A stretch of DNA of 64,000 nt from Pseudomonadota bacterium (GCA_018241365.1 JAFEDX010000194.1:10411-74410); one strand, 5' to 3'. Numbered from the stretch's first letter, positions 51,533-61,507 are shown. The notes: generated by a model from the sequence alone, not told the origin. Made by a program: numbers and translations.

Positions 51533-51949
51533 TCAGGACCGGTTGCGGCCCATCAGGTTGGCCTGCCGGCTGCGCAGGAGCCACGCGAGCAGTCCCAACG
51601 CCAGCAACACCGGCACTGCCCAATACAGCACGACCAGAATCCCGCGCAAGGGACCGTGCGATTGGCTGAACAGCAGACCCGCCGCTGCGGCCGGCAACGC
51701 CGTGATCGCGGGATACGCGTCGGCATAGGCGGCATCCGCGATGGCCTGCCCCGTCGACGCGCCCAGGTATCCCGTGATCGGAGCCCCGACCACGATGTAG
51801 GAGTGCAGCAGTGGCGCGCTGGCCCGTGCGGACGTCACCAGCGCCGGCCCGACAACCGGCTCGCGTGCGAGCGCGCCGTACACCCACGCGTCGAACGCGA
51901 GGCACAGCACGCACAATGTGAAAAACACCGTGTACTTGCGCGGACGCAT
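51533..51949 (-). CDS. Hypothetical membrane protein
   Basis: 138 aa from an internal ATG, with about 4 hydrophobic segments. No family recognised. Confidence 0.4.
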   Translation of the reverse strand: MRPRKYTVFFTLCVLCLAFDAWVYGALAREPVVGPALVTSARASAPLLHSYIVVGAPITGYLGASTGQAIADAAYADAYPAITALPAAAAGLLFSQSHGPLRGILVVLYWAVPVLLALGLLAWLLRSRQANLMGRNRS

Positions 51950-52016
51950 CACGGATACCCTCGCCCGCCACAAGCATTGCAAGCGCCGCCCGCGCGGTCA
52001 ATACGCCACAAGAGGG

Positions 52017-52574
52017 CTACAGCATGCCCGTCTGCAGTTTGGCCTCGTCCGACATCATCGTCTGGTTCCACGGCGGGTCGAACACCAGGTCGATCTGGGT
52101 TTCGGTGACGGTCGGGATCATCTCCAGCTTGGTGCGCGCGTCCTCGACCATGATGTCGCCCATCCCGCAACCAGGCGCTGTCAGCGTGAGCTTGACGTAA
52201 ACCTTGCGGTTGCCGTCGTCGAGGTGCTCCATGCTGAGGTCGTAAACCAAGCCCAGATCCACGACGTTGATCGGGATTTCCGGATCGAACACGGTGCGCA
52301 ACTGTTCCCACACCACTTGCTCGACGTCCTCGTCGTTGGCGTTCTCGGGAACCGACAGTGGTTCCGGCGGCGGCTTGCCGAGTGCATCGGCATCCTTGCC
52401 ATCGACCCGGAACAGGCTGCCTTCCACGTACACCGTGAAGCTGCCGCCCATCGACTGCGTGATGTAGCCGGTCTGCCCGGCGGGCAGGTTGACGACGTCA
52501 CCATACGGAACATGCACCGCATGGCAATCGCGTTGCAGGGTGAAAGGTTCGCTGCTGGCACTGAATCCTGGCAT
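52017..52574 (-). CDS. sufT: SufT-like Fe-S assembly protein (DUF59/MIP18 domain)
   Basis: C-terminal VWEQLRTVFDPEIPINVVDLGLVY...LTLTAPGCGMG DUF59 signature, 185 aa. Confidence 0.7.
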   Translation of the reverse strand: MPGFSASSEPFTLQRDCHAVHVPYGDVVNLPAGQTGYITQSMGGSFTVYVEGSLFRVDGKDADALGKPPPEPLSVPENANDEDVEQVVWEQLRTVFDPEIPINVVDLGLVYDLSMEHLDDGNRKVYVKLTLTAPGCGMGDIMVEDARTKLEMIPTVTETQIDLVFDPPWNQTMMSDEAKLQTGML

Positions 52575-52801
52575 GGCTTCTTCGCGGTGATGGCGGCTGC
52601 GCACGCGTGTCCATGCGCACCCGACAGGATAGCAAGTCGCCATTCCCTGCCTCATTGATGGAGGTCAGGACCCGCGTCGACAAGTACGCCACGCGCAGGC
52701 AGCACCGGTTGGAATGTCCGGCCGACGGCCGCTGTGGTTGCGCCGGAGATGCTGCGCCGCCGTGCCCGACGGCGCAGCTTGACGGGATCAGGCACCGATG
52801 C

Positions 52802-53860
52802 TCAAGGCACGACCCGCAGCACTTCTCCACCCCCCGTCGAAACGCCATGGTTCGTCACGTAGAGTACGCCACCCGGCGCCACCACCAGCGAGGTCGGGCG
52901 GTCGAGCCCATCGATGACCACGCTGCGGCTTCCGTCCTTCGCGACATGAATGACCTCGCCCGGCCCGCCGAAGAACACGGGGCCGGTGGCGTGTTGCAGC
53001 ACGTACAGGGTACCGTCGCGCGCGAAATCGAAATCGATGATGGTCTTGAATCCTTCGGCGTAGACCGTCGGCGCAGAACCCGGCTTCACGCGATAGATGC
53101 GCGCCGACCCATCGGCGAAAGGTGCGCCCGTCAGTTCGCTGACGTAGAAGGCGCGATCGGGGCCTTGCACCACCGCTGTCGGGACTGCATCGGTCGAATC
53201 GCCCATTCCGCGCGCCCTGAATTTCGCCACCGTCTTGACGCTGCCGTTCCAACGCGCCTCGAGCAGCACATTGGCGCCCGCATCGGCGATGTAACTTTGG
53301 CCCGGCGAGAGGACGAGCAGGCCATACGGATTGCTGTTGAGTTCCCCGCCGGTGGGATTTTCGGCTGCTTCGTGCGCGGCGAGATCGGCCACGACCTGCC
53401 AACTGTGCCACTTGTAGAAGGGCTGGATCTTGACGAGGGTGCCGAACTCCGCCCCGGGCGGGCCGAACTGGCTGCGCAATGCCGGATCGTCGCCCCACCC
53501 GATGACCACGAAGGCATTGCCGAACCAGTCGAACCCGATGTCGTGCGGACCCGTCACCTCGGCGAATGCGGGATCCGAATAAGACGGCAGGCCTTCCAGC
53601 ACGCGTTCCTGGCGGCCGAACCACAGGCGGGTCACTGCGCCGCTCGGTCCATAGCAGCGCGGCTGGCCGCGCATCGTCACGCAAGGGCCTGCACCGCCAC
53701 TGCCCGCCTCGGCCACGTACAGCGCGCCCCAGGGGCTGAGCGCAAGGCCGCGGGGATTGTCGAGCCCGCGCATGACCGTTCTGACGGAAAGCGGCGCAGC
53801 CATCGCCGATTGCATGCAAAACACCAGCGCACACGCAGCGATCATCTTGACGTACTTCAT
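52802..53860 (-). CDS. Secreted ScyD/ScyE-family beta-propeller protein
   Basis: Signal peptide MKYVKMIAACALVFCMQSAMA with an AGGAGG Shine-Dalgarno sequence, then LDNPRGLALSPWGALYVAEAGSGG ... LYVTNHG repeats. Confidence 0.65.
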   Translation of the reverse strand: MKYVKMIAACALVFCMQSAMAAPLSVRTVMRGLDNPRGLALSPWGALYVAEAGSGGAGPCVTMRGQPRCYGPSGAVTRLWFGRQERVLEGLPSYSDPAFAEVTGPHDIGFDWFGNAFVVIGWGDDPALRSQFGPPGAEFGTLVKIQPFYKWHSWQVVADLAAHEAAENPTGGELNSNPYGLLVLSPGQSYIADAGANVLLEARWNGSVKTVAKFRARGMGDSTDAVPTAVVQGPDRAFYVSELTGAPFADGSARIYRVKPGSAPTVYAEGFKTIIDFDFARDGTLYVLQHATGPVFFGGPGEVIHVAKDGSRSVVIDGLDRPTSLVVAPGGVLYVTNHGVSTGGGEVLRVVP

Positions 53861-54034
53861 GGCACCCTCCTGATGGTCGGAGAGGGACCGACGCGGGCGG
53901 GCAACGGCCTGCTTCGGACGACTCCAGAAATGCGGCGGCGGGATGCCGCTCGCGGTGCCAGAGTGATCACGGATGGCTCTATAATCCTGCAAAATCCGCT
54001 GAAGAAAGCTGAGACTTTCTGAATCGGGGCACGG

Positions 54035-56008
54035 ATGAGTGCACGGGGCGCCGCGTATCGCTTTGCCGGCTATCGGATCGATGCCACAAGCCGCGACTTG
54101 CACGCGCCCGACGGGCAGCCGATCCCCCTGACGGCCAAGGCGTTCGACGTGCTCCTGCACCTGCTCGAACACCGCGACCGCATCGTGGGCAAGGACGAAC
54201 TTCTGGCGGCGGTGTGGCCACGGCGCGTCGTCGAAGACAACAACCTGACCCAGGCGATCTCGGCGCTTCGCCACGCTTTGGGCGCGGGTGCGGGCGACCA
54301 CCGTTTCATCGTGACCGTGCCGGGGCGCGGCTATCGATTCGTGGCTGCGCTGGAAGAAGACGCCGGCATGCAGCCAACCGTGGATCTGGCGCCGACACGG
54401 TCACCGCATGATATCCCTTTGCCAAACGATGGCACGCGTGTTTTCGGACGCGGCTTCCGCTGGGGCGTGCTCGCCGCCCTCGCGCTCGTCGTCGGGGTGA
54501 TCGTGCTCACCGCGCTGAAATTGCACGGACCGGGAACGGCGCAGCAGGCGTCCGAAGCGAACCGCGAGCCCACGCTGGCAATCTTGCCGTTCCGCTCGAT
54601 CGATGCGCTCGCCACGGCCGACACCGACCCGATGCTCGGACTGGGCATGGCGGACACACTGATTGCCAGGCTGAGCCATGTCACGACGCTGCGGGTCCTG
54701 TCTTTGGGCTCGGTCCAGGTTTATGCCGGCAAGCCCATCGATCCCGTGCGCGACGGTGCGACGCTCGGCGCCAACCTCGTGGTCGATGGTTCGACCCAAC
54801 GCCGCGCCGGGTCGATTCGCATCAACGCGCGCCTGCTGTCGTTGCCTGGCGGGCGTACGCTGTGGGCCGGCACCTTCGACGCGACGCCCGACCGGGTGTT
54901 CGTGGCGCAGGACGCGCTGGCCGAAGCGGTTTCGGCGGCGCTGTCACTCAAGTATGCAGCCCAAGGCCACCGCAGCCCATGTGATGGCGAGGATGTCCAG
55001 GCTTATCGTGCGGACCTGCGCGGCCGCTATCTGTACAACCGCCCCGATCCTCGGCGTCTGGTGCAAGCACTGGCCGCCTACGGCGAAGCGACGCGACGCG
55101 ATCCCGCCTGCGCGGACGCGTGGGCCGGCATCGCCATGATCCGCAGGGCACAGGTGATCATTGCCGACCACGACCCGCGCGTGGAGATCCCTCTTTCGTA
55201 TGTCGCGGTCGAGCATGCGCTCGCGGTCGATCCGCAATCGGCGCGCGCGTATGTCGCCAAGGGGTTCAACCAGTTCTGGTACGACTGGGACTGGCCAGCC
55301 GCGGAGGCTTCCCTGCGCCATGCGCTCGCGCTGGATCCCAACCTTCCGGACGCCAATTCCGCCATGGCGCATCTGCTCGACAACCTCGGACGTCACCGCG
55401 AAGCGATCAGGTACGCGCGCGCGGCCGCGGCGCTCGACCCGATGGCGCCCGGGATCAACGCCATGGCGGCCAGGTTCGTCGACGACGCGGGTTATGCCGC
55501 TGAAGCGCGGCTGCGGCTGGACGAAGTGCTGAAGCTTGAACCGGACTTCTGGCTGGCCTTGTTGTTTCACGGCGAGACGGCTTTCGCGCATGGTGACCAC
55601 GCCACCGGCATACGGGAGCTCGAGCGTGCATCGGAACTCTCCGCCCGCAACAGCCAGACCTTGTCGCGGCTGGCGGTGGCCTATGTGCGGTCCGGGCGGC
55701 GCGGCGATGCCTTGCGCATTCTCGGTGAACTTGAAACGCGCGACCGTACGAGCTACGTGCCTGGGACCACGCTTGCGATGATCCACGCCGCGCTCGGGAA
55801 CCGCGGCCTTGCACTCGACATGCTGGAGCGCGCTTACGCACAACACGACATCGGCATGGCTTTCCTCGGGCTTTGGTTTCCGTCCCTCCGGGGCGAACCG
55901 CGCTACGACACGCTGATGAAGCGGATGCGGCTGAGTGAGGACAATGCACCTTCCGTCGCGGGGAGACAACCCACGGACGGAACGCGACCGCCAACCTCCA
56001 GCCGTTGA
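54035..56008 (+). CDS. Membrane-bound winged-helix (OmpR/CadC/ToxR-type) transcriptional regulator with periplasmic TPR domain
   Basis: N-terminal YRFAGYRIDATSRDL...LTAKAFDVLLHLLEHRDRIVGKDELLAAVWP...VPGRGYRF, a TM segment (WGVLAALALVVGVIVLTAL) and C-terminal TPR repeats. Confidence 0.75.
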   Translation: MSARGAAYRFAGYRIDATSRDLHAPDGQPIPLTAKAFDVLLHLLEHRDRIVGKDELLAAVWPRRVVEDNNLTQAISALRHALGAGAGDHRFIVTVPGRGYRFVAALEEDAGMQPTVDLAPTRSPHDIPLPNDGTRVFGRGFRWGVLAALALVVGVIVLTALKLHGPGTAQQASEANREPTLAILPFRSIDALATADTDPMLGLGMADTLIARLSHVTTLRVLSLGSVQVYAGKPIDPVRDGATLGANLVVDGSTQRRAGSIRINARLLSLPGGRTLWAGTFDATPDRVFVAQDALAEAVSAALSLKYAAQGHRSPCDGEDVQAYRADLRGRYLYNRPDPRRLVQALAAYGEATRRDPACADAWAGIAMIRRAQVIIADHDPRVEIPLSYVAVEHALAVDPQSARAYVAKGFNQFWYDWDWPAAEASLRHALALDPNLPDANSAMAHLLDNLGRHREAIRYARAAAALDPMAPGINAMAARFVDDAGYAAEARLRLDEVLKLEPDFWLALLFHGETAFAHGDHATGIRELERASELSARNSQTLSRLAVAYVRSGRRGDALRILGELETRDRTSYVPGTTLAMIHAALGNRGLALDMLERAYAQHDIGMAFLGLWFPSLRGEPRYDTLMKRMRLSEDNAPSVAGRQPTDGTRPPTSSR

Positions 56009-56106
56009 GCGGACACTTGCCGCCTCCGCGGTCGTGGTGCAGATCACACAACCGCCGCAGGCATCCTGCTTTATCATCCAGTTCCGTTTCGCCACCGGAT
56101 TTCGCG

Positions 56107-56597
56107 TGAAGGATTCCGCAGACCAGTCACCCACCGTTGCGCCCACGCACGCCTCCCGCCCGCATGTTGCACGTCTCCTCGCGACGCTGACCTCGGCGTT
56201 CGGATGGCTGATGTGCACGCTCGCGACCGGTGCGGTCGCCGCGTTCGCCGCGCTGGTGCTCGGTACCCGGCCATGCTGGTTGATCCTGGTGCTGGCCTTG
56301 CCCTTGACGCTGGTGCTGAAGACCTGTGGCTGCCTGCACGTGCGCTGGCCCGCCGTGGTCGCGGTGTTTGCGGTGCTGGTGGCAGGCTTCTACGCAACGT
56401 GCCTGGTCGCCGTCGCGCGCATCGCCGCGGTCACCGGGTTCCCGTTCGGGCAAGCGTTCCGCATCGGCGGCGCCGGATTGACCTTGCAGGTTGCGATGCT
56501 CGGCCTGGACGCGCTGGACGTGCTGGTTTTCGCCGCCGCCGCGGCCATCGCCGCGTCATTCGGCGCCTGGTTGGCGCATCCGCGCACGCGGCACTGA
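56107..56597 (+). CDS. Hypothetical membrane protein (start uncertain)
   Basis: In-frame GTG 56107 of track ORF 55935..56597, downstream of the regulator stop. It has 4-5 hydrophobic segments and no recognised family. Confidence 0.3.
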
Positions 56598-56612
56598 CAC
56601 GCCAAACCACTT

Positions 56613-56691
56613 GATGCGGATTTGCGCGGACCGGCGCGGATCAAACAGTCGAGTCCGCTTTGATCCGCGTGGATCCGCGTGGATCCGCGTC
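56613..56691. repeat. Compound inverted repeat built from three ~11-nt units per arm
   Basis: The left arm is GATGCGGATTTGCGCGGACCGGCGCGGATCAAA and the loop is 13 nt. The right arm is TTTGATCCGCGTGGATCCGCGTGGATCCGCGTC, containing 3 tandem 10-nt units (TGATCCGCGT then GGATCCGCGT twice). It lies between convergent genes. Confidence 0.7.
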
Positions 56692-56721
56692 AAAGGCTCT
56701 TGACTGTACCGCGCAGCGCGA

Positions 56722-58200
<1,479 letters not shown>

Positions 58201-58218
58201 GCAAATATCCCCATGAAC

Positions 58219-58298
58219 GTGTAGGAGCCTGCGTGCAGGCGATTACCGCCACCCCACGAGACTGAAAAGGCCGTTGTCGCGAGCACGCTCGCTCCTAC
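58219..58298. repeat. REP pair between pntAB and pntB
   Basis: GTAGGAGCCTGCGTGCAGGCGA and GTCGCGAGCACGCTCGCTCCTAC are exact reverse complements of the cores at 15203..15257. The right unit overlaps the pntAB stop codon. Confidence 0.7.
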
Positions 58299-58591
58299 CC
58301 TTTCTTTTCCGGCTTCGAGGCCTTGAACATCTCGAGCATCCGCTCGGTGACCACGTAACCGCCCGCGACGTTGCCGGCGGACAGCAACACCGCGATCACG
58401 CCGATAGTGATTTCGATGCCGCCCTCGGCATGCCCCAGCGCGACCATCGCACCCACCAGCACGATGCCGTGCACGAAGTTCGAACCCGACATCAACGGCG
58501 TGTGCAAGATGACTGGCACCCGACTGATGATCTCGTAGCCGGTAAACGCCGCCAACATGAAGATGTAGAGTGCAAGGAAGCCGGTGATCAT
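58295..58591 (-). CDS. pntAB: NAD(P) transhydrogenase subunit alpha part 2 (membrane)
   Basis: MITGFLALYIFMLAAFTGYEIISRVPVILHTPLMSGSNFVHGIVLVGA, 98 aa. AGGAGG Shine-Dalgarno sequence before the internal ATG. Confidence 0.9.
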   Translation of the reverse strand: MITGFLALYIFMLAAFTGYEIISRVPVILHTPLMSGSNFVHGIVLVGAMVALGHAEGGIEITIGVIAVLLSAGNVAGGYVVTERMLEMFKASKPEKKG

Positions 58592-58691
58592 GTTTCCCTC
58601 CTGCGGACGCCCGCCATCATAGCGGCTCGTCCGTCCCCCATGCGGGCCGTCAACCCGCTTTCCGGGTCGTGCGTTATCGAGGCAGGTACGG

Positions 58692-59333
58692 ATGCGCGAG
58701 AACACGGATGCAGAAGCAGTCTCCGCGAACGGGATTGCCATGAACGCGGCGGTGGCCCTAGATGTCTTGCCGGCACAGACGTCGGTGGCTGCGTCGCGGC
58801 CGGTCGCGGCGACCATCGAGGCCTTCCTGGCATCGATCGAGCGGCGCGCGTGGCGGATCGCCGAAATCGCCCTGCACGATCCGGACGAAGCGCTGGATGC
58901 GGTGCAGGACGCGATGATCCGGCTGGTGCGCCACTACTCAGGCAAGCCGGCCGAAGAATGGCCGCCGCTGTTCTGGGGCATCCTGCGCCGCCGCATCACC
59001 GACCTGCAGCGCCGCCGCAACGTCCGCAACCGGATACTGGTCTGGTCCGGGCGCATGGTCACGGACGATGACGAGGAGCTGCCGGCGTGGGAAGCGCCAG
59101 ACCTGGGGCCAGACCCGGCGCGTGCACTGGCCTCACGGCAGGCACACGCGGCGATGTCCAAGGCCATCCGTGCGTTGCCGCGCCGCCAGCAGCAGGCCTT
59201 CCTGCTGCGGGTCCTGGAAGGCCTGGACGTGGCCGACACGGCCAAGGCCATGGGCTGTTCGGAAGGCAGCGTCAAGACGCATCTATCGCGGGCCATGGAT
59301 GCCTTGCGGACACGGTTGGAGGATTGGCGATGA
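58692..59333 (+). CDS. ECF sigma-70 family RNA polymerase sigma factor
   Basis: Region 2 DEALDAVQDAMIRLVRHY...LFWGILRRRITDLQRRR and region 4 RQQQAFLLRVLEGLDVADTAKAMGCSEGSVKTHLSRAMDALR. A later start at 58740 is possible. Confidence 0.85.
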   Translation: MRENTDAEAVSANGIAMNAAVALDVLPAQTSVAASRPVAATIEAFLASIERRAWRIAEIALHDPDEALDAVQDAMIRLVRHYSGKPAEEWPPLFWGILRRRITDLQRRRNVRNRILVWSGRMVTDDDEELPAWEAPDLGPDPARALASRQAHAAMSKAIRALPRRQQQAFLLRVLEGLDVADTAKAMGCSEGSVKTHLSRAMDALRTRLEDWR

Positions 59334-59764
59334 AGACGCTCGATGAAAACACAATCAACGACTTGGCGGACGAGGATCAAGTCAAATCGCGAGCACGGGC
59401 CCTGTTCCGGAGCGCCTGTGAAAACGCCGATTCGTATCATGTCCTGCGTCTGGGCCTCGCCCGCCGCAAGGCCTTGCAGGCGCGCGCGGCGCATTCCGCG
59501 GCACGCTTGTGGGCGCCGCTGGCGGGCGGAGCGGTCGCGTGTTGTGCACTGCTGATCGGAGTCGTGCTGATGCGGCCCATGACGCACATTGCACCCGGCA
59601 CGGGCGCCACCACATCGATTCCCACCGCCATGCTGTCCTCCGAGGCTACCGAGGACATTCCCGTGATCGCCAGCAACCAGATGGACATGGTGCAGGACCT
59701 CGATTTCTACCGCTGGCTGGCAACGCAACCCGCGAATGCCGCGACGCCCAGGAACGCCCAGTGA
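59330..59764 (+). CDS. Single-pass membrane protein, putative anti-sigma factor (DUF3619-like)
   Basis: Its ATG overlaps the sigma stop as ATGA. 144 aa with one central TM segment (GGAVACCALLIGVVLM) and C-terminal DLDFYRWL. The family call is from memory of the sigma/DUF3619/DUF3106 gene triad. Confidence 0.5.
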   Translation: MKTLDENTINDLADEDQVKSRARALFRSACENADSYHVLRLGLARRKALQARAAHSAARLWAPLAGGAVACCALLIGVVLMRPMTHIAPGTGATTSIPTAMLSSEATEDIPVIASNQMDMVQDLDFYRWLATQPANAATPRNAQ

Positions 59765-60327
59765 TGGCGCGAATCGCGATCCCGTTCTGCATGCTTATGG
59801 CAATCGCCTGCCTGTTCACTGCGCCGCGTGTGCGTGCGCAAACGAATCCGGCCATCCCGGCGCAATCAGCATCTGGAACGACACGGCCTGCGAACACGCC
59901 GAAGCAGCCGCCCCTGGCTTGGTCCAGCCTGACGGCCGATCAGCAGCACATGCTCGCGCCGCTGCAGGAGCAGTGGGGTCAGATGCCTCCGGCGCGGCAG
60001 CATCGGCTGGCCGAGCACGCCGGCCACTGGGCCGACCTGCCCCCGCAACGCCAGCAGCAAATCCGCGAACGCCTCACGCGCTGGGCCAACATGACCCCGC
60101 AAGAACGCCAGCAGTTGCGCGAAAACGCGCGCGCTTTTCGTGACCTCACGCCCGAGCAGCGCGCCAAGGTACGTGCCGCCTACGAGCGCTTCCGTGCCCT
60201 ATCACCTGCCGAGCGCAAGGCCCTGCGCGAACGCTGGCGCGCGATGCCGCCTGCCCAGCGCATGCACTGGGCGAACGAACACCCCATGCCCGCGCATCCG
60301 CCGCGGGCCGCGCCCGGACATCGCTGA
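59764..60327 (+). CDS. Secreted DUF3106-like repeat protein
   Basis: Its start overlaps the upstream stop (TGATG). It has a signal peptide (MARIAIPFCMLMAIACLFTAPRVRA) and about six tandem 18-residue (L/M)(T/S/P)P.(Q/E)R... repeats. Confidence 0.65.
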   Translation: MARIAIPFCMLMAIACLFTAPRVRAQTNPAIPAQSASGTTRPANTPKQPPLAWSSLTADQQHMLAPLQEQWGQMPPARQHRLAEHAGHWADLPPQRQQQIRERLTRWANMTPQERQQLRENARAFRDLTPEQRAKVRAAYERFRALSPAERKALRERWRAMPPAQRMHWANEHPMPAHPPRAAPGHR

Positions 60328-60336
60328 CGAGATGCC

Positions 60337-61440
60337 CTAGGCCTTGCCGAACCGGACCTCGCCATCCCGCACGACGCAGGTCTTGGCGACCAATTCGTCC
60401 TCGAAATCCGGCTTCCATGCGCCATCGGCAATCACCAGCTCGCTGAAATGCGCAAGGTTGCGCGCGTACATTTCCGAGGCGTGCAATGGCGCGCCGGACG
60501 GCAGGTTCAACGGCCCGATGATGGTGACGCCGTTGCGCTCGATGCTTTCGCCCGGTTGGGTTGCCTCGCAATTGCCACCGCCTTCGGCCGCGAGATCGAC
60601 GATCACTGCACCGGCCTTCATCCCGTCCACCATCGACAGCGGGATGATCTTCGGTGATGGCCGCCCGGGCACCGCGGCGGTGGTGACGATCACATCGACG
60701 GTCTTGACGTGCTCGGCCAGTTTGGCCTGCTGCGCCGCGCGTTCGTCCGCCGTCAACTCGCGCGCGTAGCCGCCCTGCCCCGCGGCGTTGACGCCGAGGT
60801 CGAGGAACTTTGCGCCGAGTGATTCGATCTGTTCGCGGGTTTCCGGGCGCACATCGAAGCCTTCCACCATCGCGCCCAGTCGGCGCGCCGTAGCGATTGC
60901 CTGCAGGCCCGCGACGCCCGCGCCGATCACCAGCACCTTCGATGGCCGCAGCGTGCCCGCGGCAGTGGTCAGCATCGGGAAGAATTTCGGCGCAGCCTCG
61001 GCCGCGATCAGCATCGCGCGATAACCCGCGACCGCCGCCTGCGAGGACAGTACGTCCATCGCCTGCGCTCGCGTGGTGCGCGGCAGCAGTTCCAGCGAGA
61101 ACGCGCTCAGCTTGCGCTGCGCATACTGCGCCAGCCGTTCGGTGGCGTTGTGCGGGTGCAGCGAGCCGATCAGGGCCGCGCCCGGCTTCATCGCGGCGAC
61201 ACGAACATCCGCCGGTGGCTGCACGCACAACAGCACGTCCGCTTGCCCGGCCACGCTGGCGGCATCGGCGAAATCCACGCCCGCATACGCGGAATCGGGA
61301 AAGCCCGCGCGCTGGCCTGCGCCGTGTTCGAGCAGCACCCGCATGCCGCGCGTGGCGTATTTCTTCGCCGTCTCCGGCGTCACGGCAACGCGGCGTTCCC
61401 CGTCGACGGTTTCGCGCAAGGCGGCAAGCGTGATCGGCAT
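60337..61440 (-). CDS. pntAA: NAD(P) transhydrogenase subunit alpha part 1 (dI, NAD(H)-binding)
   Basis: MPITLAALRETVDGERRVAVTPETAKKY... and VLVIGAGVAGLQAIATARRLGA Rossmann motif, 367 aa. Confidence 0.93.
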   Translation of the reverse strand: MPITLAALRETVDGERRVAVTPETAKKYATRGMRVLLEHGAGQRAGFPDSAYAGVDFADAASVAGQADVLLCVQPPADVRVAAMKPGAALIGSLHPHNATERLAQYAQRKLSAFSLELLPRTTRAQAMDVLSSQAAVAGYRAMLIAAEAAPKFFPMLTTAAGTLRPSKVLVIGAGVAGLQAIATARRLGAMVEGFDVRPETREQIESLGAKFLDLGVNAAGQGGYARELTADERAAQQAKLAEHVKTVDVIVTTAAVPGRPSPKIIPLSMVDGMKAGAVIVDLAAEGGGNCEATQPGESIERNGVTIIGPLNLPSGAPLHASEMYARNLAHFSELVIADGAWKPDFEDELVAKTCVVRDGEVRFGKA

Positions 61441-61507
61441 GACTGTCTCCCGAATGATTCCGGCATCGTAGCGTAAAGCCGTGTTGCCCGGCTGGTAAAC
61501 TCGCGCG

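Noticed and set aside
56659-56691. Tandem GGATCCGCGT repeats as a possible CRISPR or VNTR array
   Set aside because: The units are only 10 nt with no spacers, and only three copies are present. They form one arm of an inverted repeat. No cas genes are in the window.
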